A DNA stretch of 64,000 bases, taken from positions 2,458,662 through 2,522,661 of the forward strand of contig OY759724.1 of assembly GCA_963662715.1 (NCBI GenBank), in the 5' to 3' direction. This document shows positions 19,872 through 30,628 of this stretch, one piece after another. The notes under the pieces are model-generated. The model was not told the DNA's origin and did not search any database. It was given only the letters and a program-made list of their open reading frames with translations. The position numbers were made by a program, and so were the translations under genes. The stretch is from Candidatus Omnitrophota bacterium (GTDB lineage: Bacteria; Omnitrophota; Gorgyraeia; Zapsychrales; JANLHA01). Numbering within the stretch: position 1 is the stretch's first letter; the number at the start of each line of letters is the position of its first letter.

Positions 19872-21233
19872 ATGGAACCAAAAGATAAAATGCAGGTGGA
19901 ATCGCTTCTTCTTGATTATTTGATAGGCAAGCTGCGCGTGATGCAGGATCATGCTGAAAAATTGAGATTTATTAAAGCAGGATTACATGAGATTTTCAGG
20001 AATGATACGGCGGGGAAGTTTAAGCGGGTTAAAGAGGAATTGGGGGTTGATGAGGTTTTGGAAGCCTTCATTAATCAGTTCCTGTCCTATAGCGAGATTC
20101 ATGAATTCTTGGGAGACATGAACTGTGAAGATATCATTATTAATGCCCTGAACCCGATTTACATCCATCACGGCGCCAAGGGTTTGATCCCCACGGGTAA
20201 GCAGTTTAAGACGTTGGAGGACCTGAACCTTTTTATCAGAAAGTTAATTGTCTTCTCGGGACGGAGAACCTTCGAGCCGATTATGAATATTGAGCTGCCG
20301 AACCTGGAAGGACGGGTGAATATCATCAAGTCGCCTTTCGGCCCGCAATTGACGATTACAAAAGCGAAATCCACGCCGTTAAGCATTCTGGAGCTTATTG
20401 ATACCGGGGCCATGAATTACGAAGTCGCTGCGCAGCTCTGGCTGTATTTGGAGGGGATGTCCATCCGTCCTGCGAATATGATCATTGCCGGCGGGCCTGG
20501 GGTCGGGAAGACAACGCTATTAAATTCTTTGTTCAGTTTTTATCCTGCCCGGGACAGGTTGGTTGTTATGGAAGACACTCTGGAGCTTAGCAGTGAATTT
20601 GAAGACAGCTGTTCCCGGCTGGAGTGCTGTGAGGATTTTGATTTGGCCGATCTGGTCAAAAACAGTCTGCGTATGCGTCCGGAACGTATTATCGTCGGAG
20701 AGGTGCGCGGGGCTGAGGCCCGGGATATGATGACGGCCGCCAATGTCGGGAAATATTGTATAGGGACGATTCATGCTTTAACTTCACGCGAGGCCATCAT
20801 CCGCTTGCAAAACGAACCGATGAATATCCCGGAAGACCTGATCCGTCTTATGGATGTCTTTATCGTCTTAAAGCGTTATCATGTCGAAGGGAAACTTTTC
20901 CGGGTCGTTGATGAGGTGAGCGAAACGAGCGGGATGGAACAGGAAAAAGTGTTATTGTCGCATATTTACAAGTATGACTATGAAACAGGTGAACTGAAAA
21001 CCATGGCCACGAGTACTGTTTTTCGGGACCGTTTGGCCAAAGGGGCCGGGCTGGCGCCCAAAGACATTCTTCTGGAGGTCCAGCTGCGGGCTTTCCTGCT
21101 TCAGCAGTTGGCGGAACGCGGTCACAAAACAATCCGTGAAGTGACGTCATTCTGCCGGGCTTATAATGAACGGCCTGACGCCGCGGTTGCGAACCTTGGC
21201 TTCGACCGGGCCCAGCTGCTCGGGAGAAAATAA
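19872..21233 (+). CDS. CpaF/TadA/FlaI-type secretion ATPase (type II/IV secretion NTPase superfamily)
   Basis: Walker A AGGPGVGKTT. Family motif RIIVGEVRGAEA. 453 aa. Confidence 0.8.
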   Translation: MEPKDKMQVESLLLDYLIGKLRVMQDHAEKLRFIKAGLHEIFRNDTAGKFKRVKEELGVDEVLEAFINQFLSYSEIHEFLGDMNCEDIIINALNPIYIHHGAKGLIPTGKQFKTLEDLNLFIRKLIVFSGRRTFEPIMNIELPNLEGRVNIIKSPFGPQLTITKAKSTPLSILELIDTGAMNYEVAAQLWLYLEGMSIRPANMIIAGGPGVGKTTLLNSLFSFYPARDRLVVMEDTLELSSEFEDSCSRLECCEDFDLADLVKNSLRMRPERIIVGEVRGAEARDMMTAANVGKYCIGTIHALTSREAIIRLQNEPMNIPEDLIRLMDVFIVLKRYHVEGKLFRVVDEVSETSGMEQEKVLLSHIYKYDYETGELKTMATSTVFRDRLAKGAGLAPKDILLEVQLRAFLLQQLAERGHKTIREVTSFCRAYNERPDAAVANLGFDRAQLLGRK

Positions 21234-21252
21234 ATTTTAAATAGATTTTTCT

Positions 21253-21326
21253 GCGCCTCTGGCTCAATTGGATAGAGCACTTGCCTACGGAGCAAGGGGT
21301 TGGAGGTTCGAGTCCTCCGAGGCGCG
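21253..21326 (+). tRNA. tRNA-Arg (anticodon ACG)
   Basis: GCGCCTC/GAGGCGC acceptor. Anticodon loop CTACGGA. T-arm GGAGGTTCGAGTCCTCC. Confidence 0.85.
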
Positions 21327-21337
21327 CTTTAAACCAT

Positions 21338-22924
21338 ATGAAGGCTAATGCCATAACTCCAAAGCAGCCTCGTAGAAGGCTCCGGTCTCAGGAACACCCG
21401 ATCAATCCTTTTTTATCCCAGTTGGATTTCCCCTTGTTTCATAAAATTATCAATAACGTCGGTGATGAACTGATGCTGATTGATAAAAGCGGACGTATCA
21501 TTTTTGTGAATAATGCGACCATCCAAGGTTTGGGCTGCCGGAAAGAGGATCTGCTGCAAAAGAAGATTACGGATTTCTTCAAGAAAAAGATCAGCGTCAA
21601 AGAGTGGCAGCGCACCCATTTCCGTGAACTGAAAGCCAGCAAACAGCCGATGACTTACCAAGTTGACCGCACGACGGAGAGAGGCGACCATGAAACCATC
21701 TCGGTGACGGCTGTTTACACAACGTTCAACGGGCAGGAATGCGTGCTGTCTATTGCCAGGAATATCACCCGGCTCGTTTTGCTGGAGTCCGAGTTAAAGG
21801 AGGCCGTGGATTTCTATAACCTGTTAAGCGAAGGAGCGGGGGATCCTATTCTTATTTTTAATATGGACGGCTGTATTACTTACGCTAACGCTGTGGCCGG
21901 GAAATTTCTGGAAACGCCTATCCGCAAATTAGTTGGAAAACATTTTCAGGATATCGTTCATCCGGATTCGCGACAGGATATGGAGACGGCTTTTACGCGA
22001 AGCAGGAAATCTCCCGGACAATTCTGCATTGAAATAAAGACACTTAACCGGAAGAAACATGAAGTGCCTTTTGAAGTGACCTTTTCAAGCGTCGTGCATA
22101 ACGGGCAGATCGTGGCTATTCATACCATCGCGAGGGACCTCCGGCCGAGAAAAGAGCTTGAACAGCTGATGATAGACTCGGAGAAGATGAAGGGCATTCA
22201 ATATTTCCTGACCGGCACGGCCATGGAATTGAAGAATCCTCTTTTCGGTGTTTTAAAAAAGTGTGAATCTCTGAAAAAAAAATATAGAGACCGTGATTTT
22301 GAATATATCGGATTCCGGGAATTTTCGGAACTCCTGTCGACTTTAGACAGCATTCATCAGCAGATCAAATATTGTGTAGACACGACTGAACGGCTGGTCA
22401 ACCTCAGCCGTAAAAAAGTGCATATGCGGAAAACCGGCTGTTATGCCAATGCCGTTATCAAGGACCTCTTGAGCTTGCGGGAAGATCATCTGCAGTTGAA
22501 GAAAGTCAACTATGAGTTGCATTTAAAGAAGGGGCTGCCGATGGTGGTCATAGGGGCTATTGACTTCCACCAGATCCTGACGAATGTCATCAATAATGCT
22601 GTGGAATCCATGCCCGGGGGAGGACGTATCAATATTAAATCATCGTATCATCCCAAAACGGATCAGGTCCTCATCGAAGTCCGGGACAACGGTGTCGGTA
22701 TTTCCAAAGAGCTTTTGAATCATATTTATGAGCCATTTTTTACCACCAAGCAACGGGGTGTGAATAAGAATTCCGGGCTGGGGTTGACAATCGTTTATTC
22801 TCTCATCAAAGCATGTCACGGGACGATGACTGTCATCAGTAATCTTAGAAAAGGGACAACGGTGAAAATGCTTTTCCCTGCCAAGAAACCCGCATCTTTT
22901 TCAAGGTCCAAGATCCGACAGTAA
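21338..22924 (+). CDS. PAS-domain sensor histidine kinase
   Basis: Two PAS-like segments, for example LIDKSGRIIFVNNATIQGLG. C-terminal HATPase_c G-boxes (RDNGVGI, GLGLTIVYSLI). The track start at 21281 lies inside tRNA-Arg, so the start is moved to the ATG at 21338. Confidence 0.75.
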   Translation: MKANAITPKQPRRRLRSQEHPINPFLSQLDFPLFHKIINNVGDELMLIDKSGRIIFVNNATIQGLGCRKEDLLQKKITDFFKKKISVKEWQRTHFRELKASKQPMTYQVDRTTERGDHETISVTAVYTTFNGQECVLSIARNITRLVLLESELKEAVDFYNLLSEGAGDPILIFNMDGCITYANAVAGKFLETPIRKLVGKHFQDIVHPDSRQDMETAFTRSRKSPGQFCIEIKTLNRKKHEVPFEVTFSSVVHNGQIVAIHTIARDLRPRKELEQLMIDSEKMKGIQYFLTGTAMELKNPLFGVLKKCESLKKKYRDRDFEYIGFREFSELLSTLDSIHQQIKYCVDTTERLVNLSRKKVHMRKTGCYANAVIKDLLSLREDHLQLKKVNYELHLKKGLPMVVIGAIDFHQILTNVINNAVESMPGGGRINIKSSYHPKTDQVLIEVRDNGVGISKELLNHIYEPFFTTKQRGVNKNSGLGLTIVYSLIKACHGTMTVISNLRKGTTVKMLFPAKKPASFSRSKIRQ

Positions 22925-22928
22925 TATT

Positions 22929-23402
22929 ATGACAACAGATTATGACGCCATGTATATGAGGGAGGCCATTAAACAGGCCCAGATGGCTTTTGAGCGGGAT
23001 GAAGTTCCGGTGGGGGCTGTCATGACTTATGACAATAACATTATCGCCAAAGCGCATAATCAAGTTGAACTGTTAAAAGATCCGACCGCGCATGCCGAGA
23101 TTTTAGCTATCACACAAGCTGCGAATTCCCTCAAAAGCAAGTGGTTGCTGGATTGTACGTTGTACGTCACTTTGGAGCCCTGTCCTATGTGTGCCGGAGC
23201 GCTTGTGCTTGCGAGGATAAAAACGGTTATCTTTGGGGCGGCGGACCCTAAATCCGGGGCCTGCGGGTCTGTTATGGATGTTGCGGATCATATGGCCCTG
23301 AACCATCGGATCGAGGTGAAGTCCGGTCTCCTGTCTGATGAGTGCGGAGTATTGTTAAGTCAGTTTTTTCAGCTTAAAAGACGGCAGACTAAAGAAAAAT
23401 AA
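22929..23402 (+). CDS. tadA: tRNA-specific adenosine deaminase
   Basis: HAEILAI and PCPMCAGAL zinc-binding CDA motifs. 157 aa. Confidence 0.9.
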   Translation: MTTDYDAMYMREAIKQAQMAFERDEVPVGAVMTYDNNIIAKAHNQVELLKDPTAHAEILAITQAANSLKSKWLLDCTLYVTLEPCPMCAGALVLARIKTVIFGAADPKSGACGSVMDVADHMALNHRIEVKSGLLSDECGVLLSQFFQLKRRQTKEK

Positions 23403-23484
23403 TTCTTGATTAATTGCGGTCCATGATTTACTCTATGCTTTAAGATTAATATGGCATGTATTGAGGATTTTTTTTGCATTTTGG

Positions 23485-23704
23485 GGAAATCGGCACATTC
23501 TGGAATACCGTTCTTTGTAGCTGAACTGTCCCGTAACTTTATCAAACAAATCTTGGAGAGATGCCAGAGTGGTTGGCCGATTGGGCTGGAAAGTTGGGTT
23601 GGATAGCTTTTAAGGAAATCGGCACATTCTGGAATACCGTTCTTTGTTGTTGAGCTGTACCGTGATTTTATCAAATCAATCTTGGAGAGATGCCAGAGTG
23701 GTTG
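23485..23704 (+). repeat. imperfect tandem duplication (two ~91-bp copies at 23485-23575 and 23614-23704, ~90% identical)
   Basis: Both copies hold the tRNA-Ser upstream region plus its first 21 nt. GAAATCGGCACATTCTGGAATACCGTTCTTTG...TCTTGGAGAGATGCCAGAGTGGTTG occurs twice, 129 bp apart. Confidence 0.8.
23555..23575 (+). pseudogene. 5' fragment of tRNA-Ser (acceptor and D-arm only), followed by unrelated sequence
   Basis: GGAGAGATGCCAGAGTGGTTG is identical to the first 21 nt of tRNA-Ser(GCT) at 23684. It then diverges to GCCGATTGGGCTGGAAAG... Confidence 0.6.
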
Positions 23705-23772
23705 AATGGAGCTGCCTGCTAAGCAGTTGACTTGGGTGACCGGGTCCTCGGGTTCGAATCCCGATCTCTCCG
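23684..23772 (+). tRNA. tRNA-Ser (anticodon GCT), long variable arm
   Basis: GGAGAGA/TCTCTCC acceptor. Anticodon loop CTGCTAA. Variable arm. T-arm TCGGGTTCGAATCCCGA. Confidence 0.85.
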
Positions 23773-23964
23773 TTTATTTGTGTCTTTTCCCGCCAGAAAC
23801 TATATCCTGTCTTTTGTCTCCTAAAGAATTGCGCCATTTGCCCATTATTTTTTCTGAGTTTTTACTTTTAAAGAAATAGATAATACGTCATAATATTTTA
23901 TCTTTATGATTTCATCATGCAATTTCCGTCTTTTTCAATAATTTGTTTGGGAAGGAGATAGCCA

Positions 23965-24906
23965 ATGCATATCCCGAAAAATTTGCCGGTCTCGCTTTGT
24001 TTGGCGGTTATCCTGGTGCTGACTTCTGGGCGTTGTGCCGGTGCTCTTGATTTTGAACACGTCATGTCTTTCGGCTCAGAAGGGGTTGCCCCCGGCCAGT
24101 TTAAGTATGTTGAGGATTTTGCTCTTGACAGCAAAGGGCGGCTTTTAGTCACAGACGCCGCGCATGCCTTTGTCCAGGTTTTTGATAAAACGAGCGGGGA
24201 ATACATCACCCGTTTCGGCGGAAAAGGATATAATGACGAGAACCTGGAAAAGCCTGAAGGCATTTCTGTCGCCCCTGACGGCCGGATTTTTGTCGCGGAT
24301 TATATAACCGGGGAGGTTGAAATTTATGATGCAGATTATCAATGGTTAGATACTTTCAGTGAATACGGATCCGAAGAAGGCCAGAATATCAAATCAGAAT
24401 TCACCGATATCTATAACGGTCTTTATTATCTTCCCGAAGCGGGAAACCACCGGATTTCCGTCTTTGACCTGCAGGGCAATTTTCAGTTCCTTTTCGGAGG
24501 GCACGGGACGGAACCCGGCAAGATGAACAATCCTGAGGCCGCAAAATTGAATAGTCAGGGCATGCTTTATGAATCGGATCTTATGAATGACAGGATTCAG
24601 ATTTTTACGCCGGAAGGCAAGTTCGTTAAAGTTTTTGGGACATCCGGAAGGGAGGCTGGACAGTTGAAATCCCCGGTCGGAATTGGTATTGATAAGGACG
24701 ATAATGTTTATGTCGGGGAGATCGGCAATAACCGCGTTCAGGTTTTTGACAAGGACGGGAACCATATCACGATGTGGGGAGAGGAAGGCTCCGGGACCGG
24801 GCAGTTCGGCAATATCCACGGGGTTTTTGTGGATAAAGCAACCGGGTGGGTTTATATTGCTGATACGGCGAATCACAGGGTTCAGGTTTACAAGCCGGTG
24901 CAATAG
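23965..24906 (+). CDS. secreted NHL-repeat beta-propeller protein
   Basis: Signal peptide present. About six NHL repeats (GQFKYVEDFALDSKGRLLVTD, GISVAPDGRIFVADYITGEVEIYD and similar). Confidence 0.7.
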   Translation: MHIPKNLPVSLCLAVILVLTSGRCAGALDFEHVMSFGSEGVAPGQFKYVEDFALDSKGRLLVTDAAHAFVQVFDKTSGEYITRFGGKGYNDENLEKPEGISVAPDGRIFVADYITGEVEIYDADYQWLDTFSEYGSEEGQNIKSEFTDIYNGLYYLPEAGNHRISVFDLQGNFQFLFGGHGTEPGKMNNPEAAKLNSQGMLYESDLMNDRIQIFTPEGKFVKVFGTSGREAGQLKSPVGIGIDKDDNVYVGEIGNNRVQVFDKDGNHITMWGEEGSGTGQFGNIHGVFVDKATGWVYIADTANHRVQVYKPVQ

Positions 24907-24954
24907 TTACGGCCTTCTTTAAAAAATGAAATTAAAAGGAGCAGACTAAGGCTT

Positions 24955-26943
24955 ATGACTTTTCTGAAGAGATTAAAAATTTCTCAGAAATTGATCCTGA
25001 TCATTTCTCTTCTGATTGTTATTTCCCTGTTTATCGGCCTGAGCGCTATCTTTTCCCTCGAAATTATCAAGCGGCAAACTTCCCTGTATTCCCGTAATTC
25101 GCAGGCTTACAATTTAAGCGTCATTGTTGCCAATCATATACAGGAGGGGCAGCTGGCCGTCTCGGAGTTGACCGAAACCAAAGATCATCAGCATATCCTT
25201 GAGACTGAGAAAAAACTGCGCGACCTTTTCGATAAGTCGGTTTTAAACTTGAAATCCCTGAGCAAAGATAAATTCGGTTCAAGATCGGAACAAAAGAACC
25301 TTCTCAACGAGAATGAAGAATTTTTTAGTTCTGCTTTAGAACTTGTCTCTCTTTGCCAGAACCGTTTGGATAAAGAAGGACAACTTATAAGAATAAAGCA
25401 TAAGTGTAAAAGAATTCTAAGACAGTTAAATGAAAAAATTAATGAATTGAAGGTTAAGGTTGAGGTTGAAACGGACGCCCTGGAGGAGGCTTCCAAAGTG
25501 GCATTGATCAGAGAACCTCCGCGTCCGCAGGAATTGCAGGGATATCTCTCGGAGATCATTACCGTACATTATCCTGTTTACAAGCAGTTGTCGGGCATTC
25601 AGGGCCTGCTTAAAGATTTTGAAATAATGCTTGATGAGTATTTGCTGTTCTCGGCCTTTGACACGAGGACCCAGGATGAGGAAAGAATCGTTCAACGCTT
25701 GGAGCACGCCGTACAGCTCACTCAAAGGCCCGGCTTAATGTTGAACGACACGGACTTGAACACGATGAAGGATATCGAAGGAGGGATCGGGGACGTTATA
25801 GAAATTTTGTCTGGAGAAAGCGGGCTTTTTGCCGCATACAGGTCTGCCGGGGAAATAAAAGGCCTTTTGGATAGCAAATTGCATGAGGTTTACGACTTTA
25901 ATAAAGTGGTCTTGGCAGACTTAAACAACTTGTCAAGACTGCTGTCGCAGACCAACCTTGATGCCAAAGATAACTCTGATAAAGCCATGTCCCGTTCAAG
26001 AACTGTTATCCTGTCGTTGCTAATGACGGGTATATGCGTGGGGCTGGTTTCGGGCCTGTTTTTAATTAAGGAAATAGGCCGGTTTTTACTGTGCTCATTT
26101 CGGATCAAAGACGTGGCCAAAGAACATGATTTAACTCAGCGTTTGCCGATGACCGGATCTTATGAAGTCAAAGAATTTGTCGAGGCCTTGAATCTGTTCA
26201 TCGAAAACATAGAAAGTATTATCCGGCAGATCGAACATTCTTCCAGCCAGCTTTCAACCCTTGCGCAGGCTGTTGCCGCAAGCAGCCGCAGCATTGCCGA
26301 CGGGGCCGAACAGCAGGTCAGCAGTTTTGAAGAGATGGCCTCTTCCATTCAGCTGAATGCCGACAGCGCCAAAGTGGTCGATCACCTGTCCCATGAGTTA
26401 AACCAGGACGCCCGTGAGATAAGTTTTACGATGAAAGAGACTTTCGATTTTATTAATTTTGTTAATAAGAATTTTAATAAGATCGCCCAAACGGTAAACT
26501 TGATCAGGGAGATCTCGGATCAGACGAATTTACTGGCCCTGAATGCCGCCATCGAAGCAGCAAGAGCCGGTGAGGCCGGGAAAGGATTCAATGTCGTCGC
26601 CGATGAAATCCGGCTGCTTTCTGAGAAAAGCGCTGATTTTACCGAAGAGATAGAAGCGTTAACGCAGGGCAGTATCAAAGAGATTGCCGATGGTGTTTTG
26701 GTTTCCCAAAAGGCGGAAGAAACGCTTAAAAAAATCATTTTGAAAATAGATAAAATCACCCAGCAGATCCAGTCGGTTGCTCAAGCCAGCCAGGAGCAGG
26801 CCGCTTCTATGGAAGAAAATTACGGTATTGCCATGTCCAATGCCTCGAAATGCCAGGAGCTTAATTCCTCCATGGATGAACTGACGGTTCAGTCCTCGCA
26901 GCTGCATAATTTGATTGAAAAATTTAAGATCAGCAAAGATTAG
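24955..26943 (+). CDS. methyl-accepting chemotaxis protein
   Basis: N-terminal TM. Ligand-binding region. Second TM. Highly conserved MCP signalling domain ([34 protein letters not shown]). Confidence 0.85.
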   Translation: MTFLKRLKISQKLILIISLLIVISLFIGLSAIFSLEIIKRQTSLYSRNSQAYNLSVIVANHIQEGQLAVSELTETKDHQHILETEKKLRDLFDKSVLNLKSLSKDKFGSRSEQKNLLNENEEFFSSALELVSLCQNRLDKEGQLIRIKHKCKRILRQLNEKINELKVKVEVETDALEEASKVALIREPPRPQELQGYLSEIITVHYPVYKQLSGIQGLLKDFEIMLDEYLLFSAFDTRTQDEERIVQRLEHAVQLTQRPGLMLNDTDLNTMKDIEGGIGDVIEILSGESGLFAAYRSAGEIKGLLDSKLHEVYDFNKVVLADLNNLSRLLSQTNLDAKDNSDKAMSRSRTVILSLLMTGICVGLVSGLFLIKEIGRFLLCSFRIKDVAKEHDLTQRLPMTGSYEVKEFVEALNLFIENIESIIRQIEHSSSQLSTLAQAVAASSRSIADGAEQQVSSFEEMASSIQLNADSAKVVDHLSHELNQDAREISFTMKETFDFINFVNKNFNKIAQTVNLIREISDQTNLLALNAAIEAARAGEAGKGFNVVADEIRLLSEKSADFTEEIEALTQGSIKEIADGVLVSQKAEETLKKIILKIDKITQQIQSVAQASQEQAASMEENYGIAMSNASKCQELNSSMDELTVQSSQLHNLIEKFKISKD

Positions 26944-27109
26944 ATATCCTTGACATTCTTGTGCCGCAAGAAAGACCCCGGGGGCATGCTTCTCCCCGGG
27001 GTGGGTTGTGTCTCATGCCCCGGGAAGCCTGCCGTAAAGGAGAGGAGAAAGTGTTTGAAGAGTTGTGTATATAATGATATGGTATTTAAAATATGAATAA
27101 AGGTCGGAA

Positions 27110-28975
27110 ATGTATTCGGTGGTGAGTCGTATTATCCCTCTTATCCTTTTTGTTTGTGTTTTCTGGGTTTTTCTGCCTTCCCTGAGCCATGATTTTGTCA
27201 ACTGGGACGACCCGGAGCATGTTTTAGAGAATCCCCGTATCCGTCAGCTTGACTTTAAGCACTTGTATGAAATCTTTTCGTCTACAACTGTCAATACATA
27301 TATTCCCTTGACGATCCTTTCGTTTGCCTTGGAATATCATTTTTTCGGTGACAATCCTTTTATTTATCATTTTACAAATATTATCCTGCACGCCTTTGTT
27401 ACGGTTTCCGTCTGCTATTTGTTTCTTCTGATGGGGGCCGGGCCCCTGGCGGCTCTGGTGGCGGCCCTTGTCTTTGGGGTGCATCCTATGCATGTGGAAT
27501 CCGTGACCTGGATTACAGAACGCAAGGATGTGCTGTATGCCTCGTTCTATGTCCTGTCTTTGATCGGATATCTCCGGTATCTGCAGACAGGCCGTTTTCA
27601 ATATTTCCTGCTGACTTTGCTGCTCGGACTGCTGAGCTTGCTGGCTAAACCCATGGCTTTGAGCCTGCCGTTGATCTTATGTGTTTTTGACTGGTGGCAG
27701 GGCCGCAGTCTGTCCGTAAGATCTGCAGGGGAAAAAGTTTGTCTTGCTCTTATTTATCTGCCCGTTCTCTGGAAGACATTCGCCGCTCAGCTGCGCATCC
27801 CTGAGGCGAATTTTATCGAAGGATCGGCTATTTGGCTGTATACGCTGACTTTTTATATTAAAAAATTTTTCTTCCCGTTTTTTTTGACCCCGATTTATCC
27901 GGTTCCGGAACCTGTTTCGTTCCGGACTTTTGAATATGGTTTGGCCGCGGTATTTTTTGCCGGTCTTTTATGGCTGATCATAAAAAGGCGATATAACCGG
28001 TGGCTTGTTTTTGCCGTATCATATTATTTCCTGTCCGTCTTTTTTCTCCTGAAAAATGACATGGTTGTCAAATGTATCGTGACGGACCGGTTTATGTATT
28101 TACCCAGTCTGGGATTCTGTCTGTTGACAGGTTTGGCCGTCAAAAAAATCAGCCGGCAGACGACGCCTCAGGGCCGGTATGTTCTTGCGGCTTGCGTCGT
28201 GCTCCTGCTGGCCGTTTTGACGGTTAAAAACAGGAATCAGCAGAAAATATGGGCTTCAAGCCTTTCTCTGTGGAATTATGTTATCGAACATAATTCCCGT
28301 TCAGCTGTGGCTTTTAATAACCGGGGAGCGCTGCTCGGGCAGAGAAAAGAATTCAAAAAAGCTCTTCAGGACCTGAATAAGGCGGTTGCTCTCCGTCCTA
28401 CATATAGAGAAGCTTATAATAACCGCGCCATTGTTTATTTTCGCCTGGGTGCCTGGAACCGCTCTCTTCAGGATTACAATACGGCGATCCGGCTAAGCCC
28501 GGATTACATAGAAGCCTATCATAACCGCGGCGTGCTTCTTTTGAAAAAAGAGCAGTTCGTTCCGGCTCTTGAGGACCTGAACCGGGTTCTGCACATGGAT
28601 GCCGGTTATTATAAAGGGTATAACAGCCGGGGTTTGATTTATGACCAGCAGGGCCGGGGGGCGCTGGCTTTGAATGATTTTACCCAGGCGATAGCGTTGA
28701 ACCCTCAGTATGCCGAGGCGTATTATAACAGAGGGAATACCCTCATTAAGAGCTCTTTATTCCTTGAGGCTCTTCAGGATTTTGATCGGGCGCTGTCGAT
28801 CAATCCCGGTTTCGCACAGGCTTATTTAAATAAATCCGTTGCTTTTTTTGCCTTGGATTATTATCCTTTGGCTTTAGACAATGCTTTAAAGGCCCGGCAG
28901 CACGGGTACCCGGTTAATCAGAGCTATATGGACTATCTCGTGTCCTTGGCGGGAGGCGCCGGTGACTCGGATTAA
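27110..28975 (+). CDS. TMTC-like transmembrane TPR protein (DUF1736/GT39-like N-domain plus C-terminal TPR repeats)
   Basis: N-terminal polytopic region has the FVNWDDPEHV and HPMHVESVTWITERKDVLY motifs typical of DUF1736/TMTC. About eight TPRs follow (AYNNRAIVYFRLGAW...). Confidence 0.7.
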   Translation: MYSVVSRIIPLILFVCVFWVFLPSLSHDFVNWDDPEHVLENPRIRQLDFKHLYEIFSSTTVNTYIPLTILSFALEYHFFGDNPFIYHFTNIILHAFVTVSVCYLFLLMGAGPLAALVAALVFGVHPMHVESVTWITERKDVLYASFYVLSLIGYLRYLQTGRFQYFLLTLLLGLLSLLAKPMALSLPLILCVFDWWQGRSLSVRSAGEKVCLALIYLPVLWKTFAAQLRIPEANFIEGSAIWLYTLTFYIKKFFFPFFLTPIYPVPEPVSFRTFEYGLAAVFFAGLLWLIIKRRYNRWLVFAVSYYFLSVFFLLKNDMVVKCIVTDRFMYLPSLGFCLLTGLAVKKISRQTTPQGRYVLAACVVLLLAVLTVKNRNQQKIWASSLSLWNYVIEHNSRSAVAFNNRGALLGQRKEFKKALQDLNKAVALRPTYREAYNNRAIVYFRLGAWNRSLQDYNTAIRLSPDYIEAYHNRGVLLLKKEQFVPALEDLNRVLHMDAGYYKGYNSRGLIYDQQGRGALALNDFTQAIALNPQYAEAYYNRGNTLIKSSLFLEALQDFDRALSINPGFAQAYLNKSVAFFALDYYPLALDNALKARQHGYPVNQSYMDYLVSLAGGAGDSD

Positions 28976-29103
28976 AGGTTGACTTTTTTGGGTTTTAATT
29001 TATGCGTGTCTGGGTGTGGGCATATTTGTCTTATTGACAGTATCTATAATTCCTCTTAAAGTATTACTAATAGTTTTAAGAAACGTACCAGATTATCTAA
29101 GTT

Positions 29104-30330
29104 ATGAAAATACTTACATTTATTTTTGTTATTGTTATCTGCCTGGCCGGGGCGTATTTTTATTTTTCAGAAACCCCGCAGGTCTCCTGGGCCCAATTGA
29201 TCCCGGATTTTTCTGTTAACAAACCGGATATTCATTCAGACCCGGCTAAACCGGTGAAAGACGGCCTGGAAACAAAGCATTATCCTTCCGGCCGGGTCAA
29301 GTCTGAAGTCAGATACCGCAACGGCATGAAACACGGGCCGTTTAGGATTTACTACGACCAGGAAGGCGCGGTAAAAATGGAAGGGGAGTACCTGAACGAC
29401 CTGATAGAAGGGGAATTGAAGGAATATTATGGAAATAAACAGTTAAGTTCTCTTGTGAACTACAAAGCCGGGCAGGCTTGCGGAGATTATAAAGTCTATA
29501 ATGAACAGGGGGATATTGTCAGAAGCGGAGAGTATCAGGACGGTAAGAAGCAGGGAGTTTTTAAGGAATACTTCTCCGATGGTACCGTAAAAATGGAAGT
29601 GCCGTATAAATATAATCAGCGGGAAGGCGAGGTTCTGGAATTTTATGAAAACGGTCAGCTGAAATTGTCGACAAAATACGTTAATGATCAGCTTGACGGG
29701 ATCAGCCGGGAGTTCCATGAGAACGGTGTCGTGAAATCGTTTAAGAATTATGAACAGGGCAAGCAGAACGGGGCCGAGAAAAGTTATGATGCCCGGGGAC
29801 AGGTTGTGGCTTTGTGGCATTATAAGGACGGTCTGCGGGACGGTATCGGCCGGGAGTTTTACTCTGACGGAACCTGGAAAGCCACCATGAAATATGAAAA
29901 GGGCCAGCTGGCGGGAGTTGTCAAAGAATATTATCCTACCGGGATATTGAAAAAGAAGTCCTTTTATCTTAACGGGCAGCGCAGCGGATGGGTGGAGACC
30001 TATTTTAGAGACGGCAGTATTTCTGCCAGAGCCCATTATAAATATGATCTTATTGACGGCCAGGTAAAGCTTTATTATCCCAAAACAGAGCAGGTGAGGC
30101 TGGAGACGACTTTTGCGGAAGATGTCCTTTCCGGAAAAAGCCGTGAATATTACGAAGACGGGACATTAAAGCGGGAAACGGATTATAAAAACAACATAAA
30201 AGAAGGTCTGGAAATAGAGTATTACCTCGATGGGAAAAAGGCAGAGGAAAAAGTTTTTCGTAATGATGAGATCGTTGAGATCCGGCGTTTTAATAAAAGA
30301 GGTGAAATTATTTTTGAGGAAAAGAAGTAA
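29104..30330 (+). CDS. membrane-anchored MORN-repeat protein (YwqK-like), about 14 repeats
   Basis: N-terminal TM. Regular 23-residue repeats of the type GxxKxYYxNGQLxxxxxYKNG. Confidence 0.65.
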   Translation: MKILTFIFVIVICLAGAYFYFSETPQVSWAQLIPDFSVNKPDIHSDPAKPVKDGLETKHYPSGRVKSEVRYRNGMKHGPFRIYYDQEGAVKMEGEYLNDLIEGELKEYYGNKQLSSLVNYKAGQACGDYKVYNEQGDIVRSGEYQDGKKQGVFKEYFSDGTVKMEVPYKYNQREGEVLEFYENGQLKLSTKYVNDQLDGISREFHENGVVKSFKNYEQGKQNGAEKSYDARGQVVALWHYKDGLRDGIGREFYSDGTWKATMKYEKGQLAGVVKEYYPTGILKKKSFYLNGQRSGWVETYFRDGSISARAHYKYDLIDGQVKLYYPKTEQVRLETTFAEDVLSGKSREYYEDGTLKRETDYKNNIKEGLEIEYYLDGKKAEEKVFRNDEIVEIRRFNKRGEIIFEEKK

Positions 30331-30628
30331 TTATATTTATCTTATAATATTTAATAATCACGCGGGTTTTCTGGCCTGAACAGGGCCGAGAGGAATGTTT
30401 GCCCCGGGCTTTGCAGGAAGCAAGCGTGATTTTGTCATAAATTTATTAAAATAAATTACTTGTGGATTAATGGCTGTTTTTTTCATCCTCTTCTGCCTTT
30501 TTTGTATATGGCTGATGGGATGTATATCCGGTGGCAATGCTTGACAATATTATTAAAATGTTTGCATTTTCCGCTGTTTATGTTGTATACTTAATCCATA
30601 TTGTAACAAGAAAGGGACGTACGAATCA

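Noticed and set aside
21281-21337. Track start of the histidine kinase ORF at 21281
   Set aside because: This start lies inside tRNA-Arg (21253-21326). The start is moved to the first ATG after the tRNA (21338).
23485-23704. Possible CRISPR-like array or tandem repeats
   Set aside because: There are only two imperfect copies, which contain a tRNA 5' end and promoter. No repeat-spacer periodicity occurs anywhere in the window. No CRISPR is present.
26944-27010. Palindrome CCCCGGGGG...CCCCGGGG after the MCP gene as a terminator
   Set aside because: The GC palindrome lacks a following U-tract. Calling it a terminator would be a weak call.
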